NCBI GenBank assembly: GCA_964522615.1
Contig: CAZFWR010000001.1
Coordinates: forward strand, 1-44,905
Source: an uncultured Candidatus Saccharibacteria bacterium
GTDB taxonomy: Bacteria; Patescibacteriota; Minisyncoccia; Minisyncoccales; UBA1441
Direction of reading: 5' to 3'
Length of the DNA stretch: 44,905 nucleotides
The translations under genes and the position numbers were made by a program. How positions within the stretch are numbered: position 1 is the first letter of the stretch; each line of letters opens with the position of its first letter. Shown here piece after piece: positions 17,702-24,731 of this stretch. The notes below the pieces were generated by a model. The model ran no database searches. It was not told the origin of the DNA and saw only the letters and a program-made list of their open reading frames with translations.

Positions 17702-17730
17702 ATTATATTATGGTATTAAAGATTTGTCAA
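17702..17730 (-). promoter_or_regulatory. Consensus sigma-70-type promoter (TTGACA-17-TATAAT)
   Basis: Minus strand TTGACA (17730-17725), a 17-nt spacer, then TATAAT (17707-17702). About 150 nt upstream of the 73-aa ORF. Confidence 0.55.
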
Positions 17731-17784
17731 GAGGCAAAGGTAATATTGACCTATTGCCTAACCAGGTTAAGTAATAACCCAAAG

Positions 17785-17839
17785 CGGTTGAGGTTTAACC
17801 TCAACCGACTAACAATCGGAAGTTGGACTTCCGATTGTT
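17785..17839 (-). other. Two adjacent perfect hairpins immediately 3' of tRNA-Thr
   Basis: AACAATCGGAAGT-TGG-ACTTCCGATTGTT (17811-17839, 13 bp) begins 5 nt after the tRNA CCA. CGGTTGAGGT-TTA-ACCTCAACCG (17785-17807, 10 bp) follows. Neither has a strong U-tract. Confidence 0.6.
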
Positions 17840-17844
17840 GATTC

Positions 17845-17920
17845 TGGAGCCCGGGAGAGGAGTTGGACCCCCAACCTTCGCTTTACAAAAGCGGTGCTCT
17901 GCCAATTGAGCTACCCGGGC
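17845..17920 (-). tRNA. tRNA-Thr (anticodon UGU), CCA encoded
   Basis: Minus strand GCCCGGG-TA-GCTC-AATTGGCA-GAGC-A-CCGCT-TTTGTAA-AGCGA-AGGTT-GGGGG-TCCAACT-CCTCT-CCCGGGC-T-CCA. 7-bp acceptor stem, standard D arm with GG, anticodon loop T-T-TGT-A-A. The T-loop is atypical (C at position 55), and there is a C27-A43 mismatch. Confidence 0.75.
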
Positions 17921-17921
17921 G

Positions 17922-18167
17922 CTATTTTGAAAATTTATCCCAGTAATCCTGCTTAAGCTGCCTTTTTTTCTCTTTTGCCTTTCGGGAAAAAAATAAAATC
18001 TTTTCCCGCCCTATTTGTTTCGACCGATTAAGAAAAGAAAGCTTTCCAGAAAAAGAAGTCCCGGAAGAATTGACGAGAAGAGGAATTTTACTCGCCAAGA
18101 TAGCTGTTATTCCCACTAAGCTAGCGGCTAATAAAGAGTGAGCGAAGATAAAAAAAGAGGAACTCAT
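17922..18167 (-). CDS. Possible small membrane-anchored protein (81 aa)
   Basis: N-terminal TM FFIFAHSLLAASLVGITAILASKIPLLV, then a basic tail (RKAKEKKRQLKQDYW). The stop lies 1 nt from the tRNA-Thr 5' end. No family recognised. Confidence 0.35.
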   Translation of the reverse strand: MSSSFFIFAHSLLAASLVGITAILASKIPLLVNSSGTSFSGKLSFLNRSKQIGREKILFFSRKAKEKKRQLKQDYWDKFSK

Positions 18168-18181
18168 AACTGATAAGATAT

Positions 18182-18225
18182 ATTCTAAGAAGATATATAT
18201 GTTCTGACAATATATGTTCTGACAA
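18182..18225 (-). promoter_or_regulatory. 2 x 15-bp direct repeat (TATATGTTCTGACAA) containing a promoter-like TTGTCA-17-TAGAAT
   Basis: Units at 18196-18210 and 18211-18225. Minus strand TTGTCA (18210-18205), a 17-nt spacer, TAGAAT (18187-18182), then 14 nt to the ATG at 18167. Confidence 0.3.
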
Positions 18226-18232
18226 TATAAGT

Positions 18233-18817
18233 TTAAATTTCCAGGCGGACAAATTCTCCAATTTTTATTTTTTCCCCTAATTTAGAAATTGTTTCTTCTA
18301 ATAATTGAGCGATCGTTTTCTCTGAATCTTTTACCCAAGGCTGTTTCAAAAGAACCACCTCTTTCTGCCATTTATTCAACCTTCCGGCCATAATCTGTTC
18401 CAACGCTTCTTTGGGCTTATCTGCTTTACTCAAGGCCTCTTGATAGATTTCTTTCTCTTTTTCTATCACCTCGGTTGGAATATCTTCTTCTTGAAGATAA
18501 AGCGGAGACATAGCAGCAATTTGTAAACAGACCTCGTGAGCTAATTTCTGAAATTCATCAGAACGAGCAACAAAATCGGTCTCACAATGAAGACTAACCA
18601 TTACTCCCAGCCGATGGTTGGCGTGAAGATAGGTTTCTACCAGTCCAGCCTTTGTCTCCCGACCAGCCCTTTTTTGGGCGATTTCCTGCCCAGTTTTTCG
18701 AAGAACTTCTTTCGCCTTCTCTAAATCACCATCTGTTTCCTCTAAAGCCTTCTTACACTGCGCTAAAGAAATCCCTGTTTCTTCTCTTAATTGTTTAATT
18801 TGTCCAATGGTAACCAT
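18233..18817 (-). CDS. tsf: Elongation factor Ts (short form)
   Basis: 194 aa. UBA-like N-terminus IKQLREETGISLAQCKKALEETDGDLEKAKEVLRK. Confidence 0.9.
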   Translation of the reverse strand: MVTIGQIKQLREETGISLAQCKKALEETDGDLEKAKEVLRKTGQEIAQKRAGRETKAGLVETYLHANHRLGVMVSLHCETDFVARSDEFQKLAHEVCLQIAAMSPLYLQEEDIPTEVIEKEKEIYQEALSKADKPKEALEQIMAGRLNKWQKEVVLLKQPWVKDSEKTIAQLLEETISKLGEKIKIGEFVRLEI

Positions 18818-18829
18818 AAAATCTTGCTT

Positions 18830-19579
18830 TTACTCCTTCACTTCTTCTTGGGGAACTTGAGCTTGAGCCGCTTTAATCGTCTCTTGTACTTGCTGAAGAA
18901 TAAACCGGGCGGAAGAAATAGCGTCATCATTGGCCGGAATAGGATAATCCGCTAATTCCGGGTTGGTATTGGTATCAACCAAGGCAATTACTTTAATTCC
19001 CCTCTTCTTGGCCTCTCTAGCCGCCAGGGAATTTTTGTCCGGATCTAGAATAAAGACAGCTGCCGGAAGATTTTTCATTTTTCTCAACCCGCCGAATTTT
19101 TCTTCCAGCTTTTGCTTCTCATTATCAAGAACCATCCTTTCTTTCTTGGAATATTTTCCCCACTCCCCTTTCTTTTCCTCCTCTTCCATCTTTTCCAATT
19201 GCTTAATGCGTTCGGTAATCACGGAAAAATTAGTAAGTGTTCCTCCAATCCAGCGCCGGCTAACATAGGGTTGTTGAGCATCTTCAGCCACTTCTTCAAC
19301 TAATTCCTGGAACTGTACTTTTGTGCCCACTAAAAGGAGAAATTTATTCTGGAGGCAAATCTCTCCAATAAAAGTTAGGGCTTTTCTCAATCCTTCTACC
19401 GTTTTTTCCAAATCAATAAGGTGAACCGTTGATTTTATTCCCAAAATATAGGGCTCCATTTTCGGATGGAGCTTGGAAGTCCGGTGGCCAAAGCCCACTC
19501 CGGCCTTAGCCATTTCTTCTACAAGACTTTCAAAAGCCTTTCCTTCTTTCGGCAAATCAACAATGCTTTTCTTAGCCAT
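18830..19579 (-). CDS. rpsB: 30S ribosomal protein S2
   Basis: 249 aa. GVGFGHRTSKLHPKM, RRWIGGTLTNF and VDTN motifs. rpsB-tsf pair. Confidence 0.95.
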   Translation of the reverse strand: MAKKSIVDLPKEGKAFESLVEEMAKAGVGFGHRTSKLHPKMEPYILGIKSTVHLIDLEKTVEGLRKALTFIGEICLQNKFLLLVGTKVQFQELVEEVAEDAQQPYVSRRWIGGTLTNFSVITERIKQLEKMEEEEKKGEWGKYSKKERMVLDNEKQKLEEKFGGLRKMKNLPAAVFILDPDKNSLAAREAKKRGIKVIALVDTNTNPELADYPIPANDDAISSARFILQQVQETIKAAQAQVPQEEVKE

Positions 19580-19667
19580 AAATCAAAAAAATTACCAAAT
19601 CTAAACTCTATTAACGATTGGTTTTTAAAGATAACATTTTTTTGGGGAAAAATCAAATCAATGAGAT

Positions 19668-19693
19668 GGGAGGCAGTAAGCTTACCGCCTCCC
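19668..19693 (-). terminator. GC-rich hairpin after the 94-aa ORF
   Basis: Minus strand GGGAGGCGGTA-AGCT-TACTGCCTCCC (11 bp including one G-U), followed by ATCTCATTGATTTGATTTTT. Confidence 0.5.
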
Positions 19694-19711
19694 TTAAGAC
19701 CTCTTTTCTTA

Positions 19712-19996
19712 CTATTCAGAGCTCTCCTCCTCCCCCTCGGCGAGTTGGGCCCGTAGAGCTTCCACCGCTTCTTCAAATTTCCCACCCCACAGATTTCCCC
19801 CAAAACGACGATGTGCTTGCTTAAGGACTTCAATGAACTCTGGAATATCAGCCGGCGGAACCCTGGAGCCTTCGGCGTAGAGGGTAACGATGACTGGAAA
19901 GTACGTTCCGGGGGACTTCTCCAGCAACTTCATCGCTACTTTGTGCACTGGAGCCCATTTCTCCGGTTTTTCCTTTACTGCCTTCTCCTTAGCCAT
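19712..19996 (-). CDS. Hypothetical 94-aa protein
   Basis: MAKEKAVKEKPEKWAPVHKVAMKLLEKSPGTYFPVIVTLYAEGSRVPPADIPEFIEVLKQAHRRFGGNLWGGKFEEAVEALRAQLAEGEEESSE. Strong SD GGAGGTGA 8 nt upstream of the ATG. Followed by the GC-rich hairpin. No family recognised. Confidence 0.6.
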   Translation of the reverse strand: MAKEKAVKEKPEKWAPVHKVAMKLLEKSPGTYFPVIVTLYAEGSRVPPADIPEFIEVLKQAHRRFGGNLWGGKFEEAVEALRAQLAEGEEESSE

Positions 19997-20157
19997 TCTT
20001 CATTTCACCTCCTCTCTCTTCAAAGAGCATTGATATTATTACATTACAGCACATATCTAAAAAGATGCAAGGATTCGAATTGGGTCAAAGTGAAATAACT
20101 TGAATACGGCGAAAGGCTTGTTTTTTTTAAAAAGTTTGTTATCTTTAATTATTCATT

Positions 20158-20379
20158 ATGAAAGACAAAATTCATCCAAAATACTATTCCGAAGCAAAAG
20201 TTTCTTGCAACTGCGGGAATACTTTTACTGTCGGCTCTACCAAGCCAGAAATCCATACCGAAATTTGTTTCCAGTGCCACCCTTTCTACACTGGCCAGGA
20301 AAAAATCATAGACCGCCAGGGACAAGTCCAGAAATTTAAGGAAAGACTGGCTAAAAAGGGAAAGAAGGGTTCAAAATGA
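20158..20379 (+). CDS. rpmE: 50S ribosomal protein L31 (Cys4 zinc form)
   Basis: MKDKIHPKYY...CNCGNTF...CFQCHPFYTGQ is canonical L31. Confidence 0.9.
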   Translation: MKDKIHPKYYSEAKVSCNCGNTFTVGSTKPEIHTEICFQCHPFYTGQEKIIDRQGQVQKFKERLAKKGKKGSK

Positions 20380-21134
20380 TTGACCCTCATCAGGTAATTA
20401 TTGAAATTCGAGCAGGAGCTGGCGGCGAAGAAGCCGCCCTTTTTGCTCGGGACCTTTTTTTTGCCTACCAACGTTTCGCTCGGCAGAAATTATGGAAAGA
20501 AAAAATCCTTGACCTTCATCTAACCAATATTGGAGGTTATAAGAAAGTGGTTGTTCTTTTTCAGGGAGAAAATGCTTGGCCGATGATGCAATACGAAGGA
20601 GGAATCCATCGAGTCCAGCGTGTCCCGAAAACAGAAAAGGACGGGCGAATTCACACTTCTACCGTTAGTGTTGCCGTTCTTCCAGAAGACAAAGACCAGA
20701 AAATCCAATTTAACCCGGCAGATTTGAAGGTTACCTTCTGTAAATCGTCTGGGCCAGGAGGGCAAAATGTAAATAAAAGACAAACGGCTGTTCGGATTGT
20801 TCATCTTCCCTCGCAATTAACCGTCAGTTGCCAAAGTGAACGAGACCAGTTAAGAAATCGGGAAAACGCCCTTAAAATTCTCCGGGCCAAACTTTTACAA
20901 TCCCGCCAAGAGGAAAAATCCCAAACAACCGGACAATTAAGAAAAGACCAAGTTGGACAGGCTGAAAGAGCCCAAAAAATTAGAACTTACAATTTTCAGA
21001 GAAATCAACTTAAAGACCACCGTCTAAAAAAATCGTGGTCTAATCTTGAAGAAATAATGGCCAAAGGAGAATGGGGATCGCTCGTCAAACAGTTGCAGAA
21101 AAAGTTTACCCCACCTCCTTCTCCCCGGGAGTAG
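20376..21134 (+). CDS. prfA: Peptide chain release factor 1-like protein lacking the N-terminal domain 1
   Basis: 252 aa. Begins at the domain 2 segment VIIEIRAGAGGEEAALFARDLF. RF1-type codon-recognition motif QRVPKTEKDGRIHTS (PxT). GGQ motif SSGPGGQNVNK. The start overlaps the rpmE stop (ATGA). Confidence 0.85.
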   Translation: MIDPHQVIIEIRAGAGGEEAALFARDLFFAYQRFARQKLWKEKILDLHLTNIGGYKKVVVLFQGENAWPMMQYEGGIHRVQRVPKTEKDGRIHTSTVSVAVLPEDKDQKIQFNPADLKVTFCKSSGPGGQNVNKRQTAVRIVHLPSQLTVSCQSERDQLRNRENALKILRAKLLQSRQEEKSQTTGQLRKDQVGQAERAQKIRTYNFQRNQLKDHRLKKSWSNLEEIMAKGEWGSLVKQLQKKFTPPPSPRE

Positions 21135-22173
21135 TTTCGTCGGGTTCTGTCATTAACACTCCCCGAAATTGATCTAGATGCTCAAGAATTATTCCCGCCC
21201 CTCTAACCATAGCTGTTAGGGGGTCTTCTACTACTTTCACTGGCATTTTTACCTCTTGGGAAATAAGCCGGTCTAATCCTTTCAGGAGAGCTCCTCCTCC
21301 GCAAAGATAAATTCCATCAGACATAATATCCGATAGTAACTCCGGAGGGGTTTCTTCAATTGCTGCCTTAATAGCCTTAATAATAGCTTCTATTGAAGGA
21401 TGGAGAGCCTGATAAATATCATCGCCGGAAACCATTACTTCTTCCGGTAAACCAGTGATAAAATTTCTCCCCCGAAGCGCCACTTCTGCTCTCTGCCGCT
21501 GAGGGAGAGCAGAACCAATTTGAATTTTGGCCAATTCCGCCGTTCTTTCACCGATAAAAAGATGGTATTTTTCCTGAATAAAACGTTGGACATCTTCATT
21601 AAATTTGTCTCCAGCAATCTTTAAACTTCTAGAAACAACGATTCCGCCGAGAGAGATAACTGCCACTTCAGTTGTTCCTCCGCCGACATCAACCACAAAA
21701 TTCCCCCCGGCCTGACGAATGGGCAACTGCATGCCAATAGCCGAAGCTACTGGTTCTTCCACTAAAAAAGTGCGGTAGGCTCCAGCTCCCTGGGCTGCAT
21801 CTTTCACTGCTCTGGCTTCAACGTCCGTTACCCCACAAGGGAGACCAATAATCACTCTTGGCCATATTCCAAAAAACTTTTCTTTCAGGCGTGTCTCCTG
21901 AATAAAATATTTCAAGAACTGTTCAGTGATTTCAAAATCAGAGACCACTCCCTTAACCAAAGGACGAACAACCCGAATATAAGCCGGCGTTCGGCCAATC
22001 ATTTGCTGGGCTTCCCGTCCAACAGCTAAAATCTGGCCTGTTTTCTGATTAACCGCTACCGCTGAAGGTTCATTAATAATTACCCCTCTCCCGGAAACAT
22101 AAACCAGGGAATTAGCCGTTCCCAGATCAATAGCCACATCTCTAAAAAGATACTTTTCTAATTTCTTAAACAT
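21106..22173 (-). CDS. mreB: Rod-shape determining actin homologue MreB
   Basis: 355 aa. DLGTANSLVY, VVDVGGGTTEVAVISLGG and LCGGGALLKGLD motifs. Confidence 0.9.
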   Translation of the reverse strand: MFKKLEKYLFRDVAIDLGTANSLVYVSGRGVIINEPSAVAVNQKTGQILAVGREAQQMIGRTPAYIRVVRPLVKGVVSDFEITEQFLKYFIQETRLKEKFFGIWPRVIIGLPCGVTDVEARAVKDAAQGAGAYRTFLVEEPVASAIGMQLPIRQAGGNFVVDVGGGTTEVAVISLGGIVVSRSLKIAGDKFNEDVQRFIQEKYHLFIGERTAELAKIQIGSALPQRQRAEVALRGRNFITGLPEEVMVSGDDIYQALHPSIEAIIKAIKAAIEETPPELLSDIMSDGIYLCGGGALLKGLDRLISQEVKMPVKVVEDPLTAMVRGAGIILEHLDQFRGVLMTEPDETTPGEKEVG

Positions 22174-22205
22174 TTTCTTTGTTATTATGAAGGAAGGAAA
22201 AAGCT

Positions 22206-23276
22206 TTAGAACAAGCCTATCAAATCTTTAAACGTTACCAAAAACATTAAGAGAATAAAGAAGGCGAAGAAGGCTCCGTTTAAATTCTCTTTCACTTTCA
22301 CGCTAATGGGTTTTCCTCGCACTCCCTCTATCGCCAGGAAAACCAACCTCCCTCCGTCGAGAGCGGGTAAGGGAAGAATATTAAACAGACTAAGATAAAC
22401 GGCTATCATGGCGACAAACTGAAGAAGATAGCCCCAACCCAACTGCAGAGTCTGCCCAATCATTTGCCCTAAGCCAATCGGGCCCACCAACTCTGCTCCG
22501 GGAACAGGCTGGTGATGTAACCACTGGGAAACAAACGTTGCCAGGGATAGAGGAATGGCAATTGTTTGGTTAATCGCAGCTAAAAAACCAGTAGCCGGGG
22601 CTTGCCACCAAGAATAATTTTTGACTTCCACCCGGGCAAAACTGATTCCAATAGCTCCCTCTCCTGGCGGCGGCGATTCCCGAGGAATTAAGGAAACCAC
22701 CATCTCTCCCGCCGGCCTTTCCACCTGCAGCCTGACTTCCTCTCCGCGGTGCTGGTCAATAAAATTCGTAAAATCCTGAAGATGATTCACCGCTTTCATT
22801 TCTCCAGCTGTTCCCATCCCCGTCAGCCAGTCCCCAATCTTTAATCCTCCTTCCTCCGCCGGCGTTTCCGCCATTACCCCTGTCACCTGCAATCGAGCCT
22901 GAGGAGCTACCGCTTGGTCAGAAACAGCATAAGGAAGCCCCCAAATGCCAGCAACCAAGGCGAATAAAACAACCGCCGTCAGCCAATTAGCAGCTACTCC
23001 CGCCACGAGAACTAAAGCTTGCTGCCAAGCCGGGAAAAGGCTGAAGCCCTCCCCGTTTTTTTCTTCTCCCTGAATTCTGACAAAAGCGCCAAAAGGCAAT
23101 AGATTTAAAGAAAAAAGCACTGACCCTATTTTCCAAGAAGCGAGACGCGGAGGCAAGCCAAGGCCAAATTCTTCAACCGGCATTTTAAGGGCTAGGGCAA
23201 CCAGAAAATGGCCCAATTCGTGAATAACAATTAAGCCCACTAAACTAATTAAAGCAATGAGAATGGCAGCTAACAT
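22206..23276 (-). CDS. rseP: Site-2 (M50) zinc metalloprotease RseP/RasP-like with PDZ domain
   Basis: 356 aa. HELGHF near the N-terminus; PDZ-like GLKIGDWL; C-terminal FNILPLPALDGG. Confidence 0.85.
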   Translation of the reverse strand: MLAAILIALISLVGLIVIHELGHFLVALALKMPVEEFGLGLPPRLASWKIGSVLFSLNLLPFGAFVRIQGEEKNGEGFSLFPAWQQALVLVAGVAANWLTAVVLFALVAGIWGLPYAVSDQAVAPQARLQVTGVMAETPAEEGGLKIGDWLTGMGTAGEMKAVNHLQDFTNFIDQHRGEEVRLQVERPAGEMVVSLIPRESPPPGEGAIGISFARVEVKNYSWWQAPATGFLAAINQTIAIPLSLATFVSQWLHHQPVPGAELVGPIGLGQMIGQTLQLGWGYLLQFVAMIAVYLSLFNILPLPALDGGRLVFLAIEGVRGKPISVKVKENLNGAFFAFFILLMFLVTFKDLIGLF

Positions 23277-23279
23277 AAA

Positions 23280-23837
23280 TTATCCTTCTTTAATCTCTTT
23301 CATCTTTTTTTCTTTCAGTTCCTCTATTCGTTCTTGATAATCCTGGACGATTTTATGGAACTCTTTCTTCAGTTTATATTTCTCGTCTTCGGAAATTTCT
23401 TTCTTTTGAAACTCCTCCTGAATTTTCCCCCAACCCTCATCCCACCAATGCCGAATTGTTTGCTTCGCCTCTTCCGCTTTTTCCTTAATTAAACGCGATA
23501 AGTCTTCTCGCCTTTCCACCGACAAAGCCGGAAGAGTAATGCGAATAACTTTTTGGTCAACTATTGGATTGAGATGAAGATCAGATTGAGAAATAGCCTT
23601 CTCAACAGGTATTAGATATTCCTCTACCCAAGGCTGGATTAAAATCTGGTTGGATTGAGGACAAGAAATAGAAGCCAATTGCTTCAAAGGGGTTTCCGTC
23701 CCCTCTAAATTAACCGGTAAATCTTCCACTAGAGCCGGGGTAGCTCGGGAAGCTCTAACTTGATTAAAAGATTTTTGAAGAAAAGTAATCACTTTTTCTA
23801 ATTCCGGTTCAATTTGCTTGATTTCAAATAGCGGCAT
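23280..23837 (-). CDS. frr: Ribosome recycling factor
   Basis: 185 aa. VRASRATPALVEDLPV... and LPALSVERREDL typical of RRF. Confidence 0.9.
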   Translation of the reverse strand: MPLFEIKQIEPELEKVITFLQKSFNQVRASRATPALVEDLPVNLEGTETPLKQLASISCPQSNQILIQPWVEEYLIPVEKAISQSDLHLNPIVDQKVIRITLPALSVERREDLSRLIKEKAEEAKQTIRHWWDEGWGKIQEEFQKKEISEDEKYKLKKEFHKIVQDYQERIEELKEKKMKEIKEG

Positions 23838-23840
23838 AGA

Positions 23841-24728
23841 TTAAAGATTAATAAATAATTGGTTAAAGATTAATTTCTTATTAACATTGGTTGACCTTAA
23901 AAGACCTCTTGCCTCTCTTAAAGAGGAAAGAATATTAAATAATTCCAGCCAAGAATAATGGGCAGCCGAAGAAAAAAACGAGTCCTTCTTTTTTTTCTCC
24001 GCTTGCTGAAGAAGAAGATGATGATAAAGACCAAGCGCAGAGTGAAGAAATTTTTCAAGATCCATCTTGGCAAAATTCTTTTCCATCCAACTTAGTCTCG
24101 TCTTTAAATCGCCTCCGATTAGCGATTCTACTTCTTGCCAGAACTGAATTTCTGTCGGAATTTCCTTTTGATGCTCCAGCCAAAACTTAATTTTTCTAAT
24201 TTTCCCCTCTCCCAAAAAAATGGTCTTTTCGATTTCTTGGTCTGCTAAGCCCCCTTTTTCCCTTAACCAATCCCGTCCTTCTTTGTAATTCATTTTCCCA
24301 AATCTTAAAATCTGACATCGGGAAAGAATAGTTTCTTTCAAACCTTCTAATTGCTGAACAAGCAGAATGAATACTACCCCTGGAGTGGGCTCTTCTAGGG
24401 TCTTCAGAAGAGCGTTTTGAGCATCTGGGGTCATTGCCTCCGCCGGATTAATAACCACTACCCGATACTTGGAGCCGGTTCCCAGCATTAACCAGCGGCG
24501 AATGCCTTGAATCTGTTCGATGAGAATTTTCTTTTTTCCTTCCTCCAGTTCTGTTAAGAGAAGATAAAAACGAGTTTTTCCTCCGGTCGGATTAAGCTGT
24601 TTTTCATACCAAAGAGCCATTTCCTTTTTTCCTATTCCCTCCTCTCCCAAAAAAAGATAGGCGTGGCTCATTCTTCCTCCCTGAAGAGTCCTCTCTAGAA
24701 ATTTTTTTACTGCTCGGTGAGGTTCCAT
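23841..24728 (-). CDS. holB: DNA polymerase III delta-prime subunit
   Basis: 295 aa. HAYLFLGEEGIGKKEMA, NALLKTLEEP and SRCQ motifs. Confidence 0.8.
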   Translation of the reverse strand: MEPHRAVKKFLERTLQGGRMSHAYLFLGEEGIGKKEMALWYEKQLNPTGGKTRFYLLLTELEEGKKKILIEQIQGIRRWLMLGTGSKYRVVVINPAEAMTPDAQNALLKTLEEPTPGVVFILLVQQLEGLKETILSRCQILRFGKMNYKEGRDWLREKGGLADQEIEKTIFLGEGKIRKIKFWLEHQKEIPTEIQFWQEVESLIGGDLKTRLSWMEKNFAKMDLEKFLHSALGLYHHLLLQQAEKKKKDSFFSSAAHYSWLELFNILSSLREARGLLRSTNVNKKLIFNQLFINL

Positions 24729-24731
24729 AAA

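Noticed and set aside
17559-18232. Integrated mobile element at the tRNA-Thr 3' end.
   Set aside because: There is no integrase or transposase, and no duplicated tRNA 3' segment (att-like direct repeat) beyond an 8-nt AGTTGGAC coincidence. The adjacent cassette is only about 0.5 kb.
19466-19833. Three overlapping ORFs (96, 104 and 68 aa) across the rpsB upstream region and the 94-aa gene.
   Set aside because: They run through an intergenic hairpin or terminator and overlap better-supported genes, with no SD and no motif.
8522-20379. Alternative genetic code (UGA reassignment), as in some CPR lineages.
   Set aside because: TGA terminates several conserved genes at their expected ends (pentapeptide gene, thrS, miaB, rpmE), and no conserved gene shows in-frame TGA codons. 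This indicates the standard code 11.
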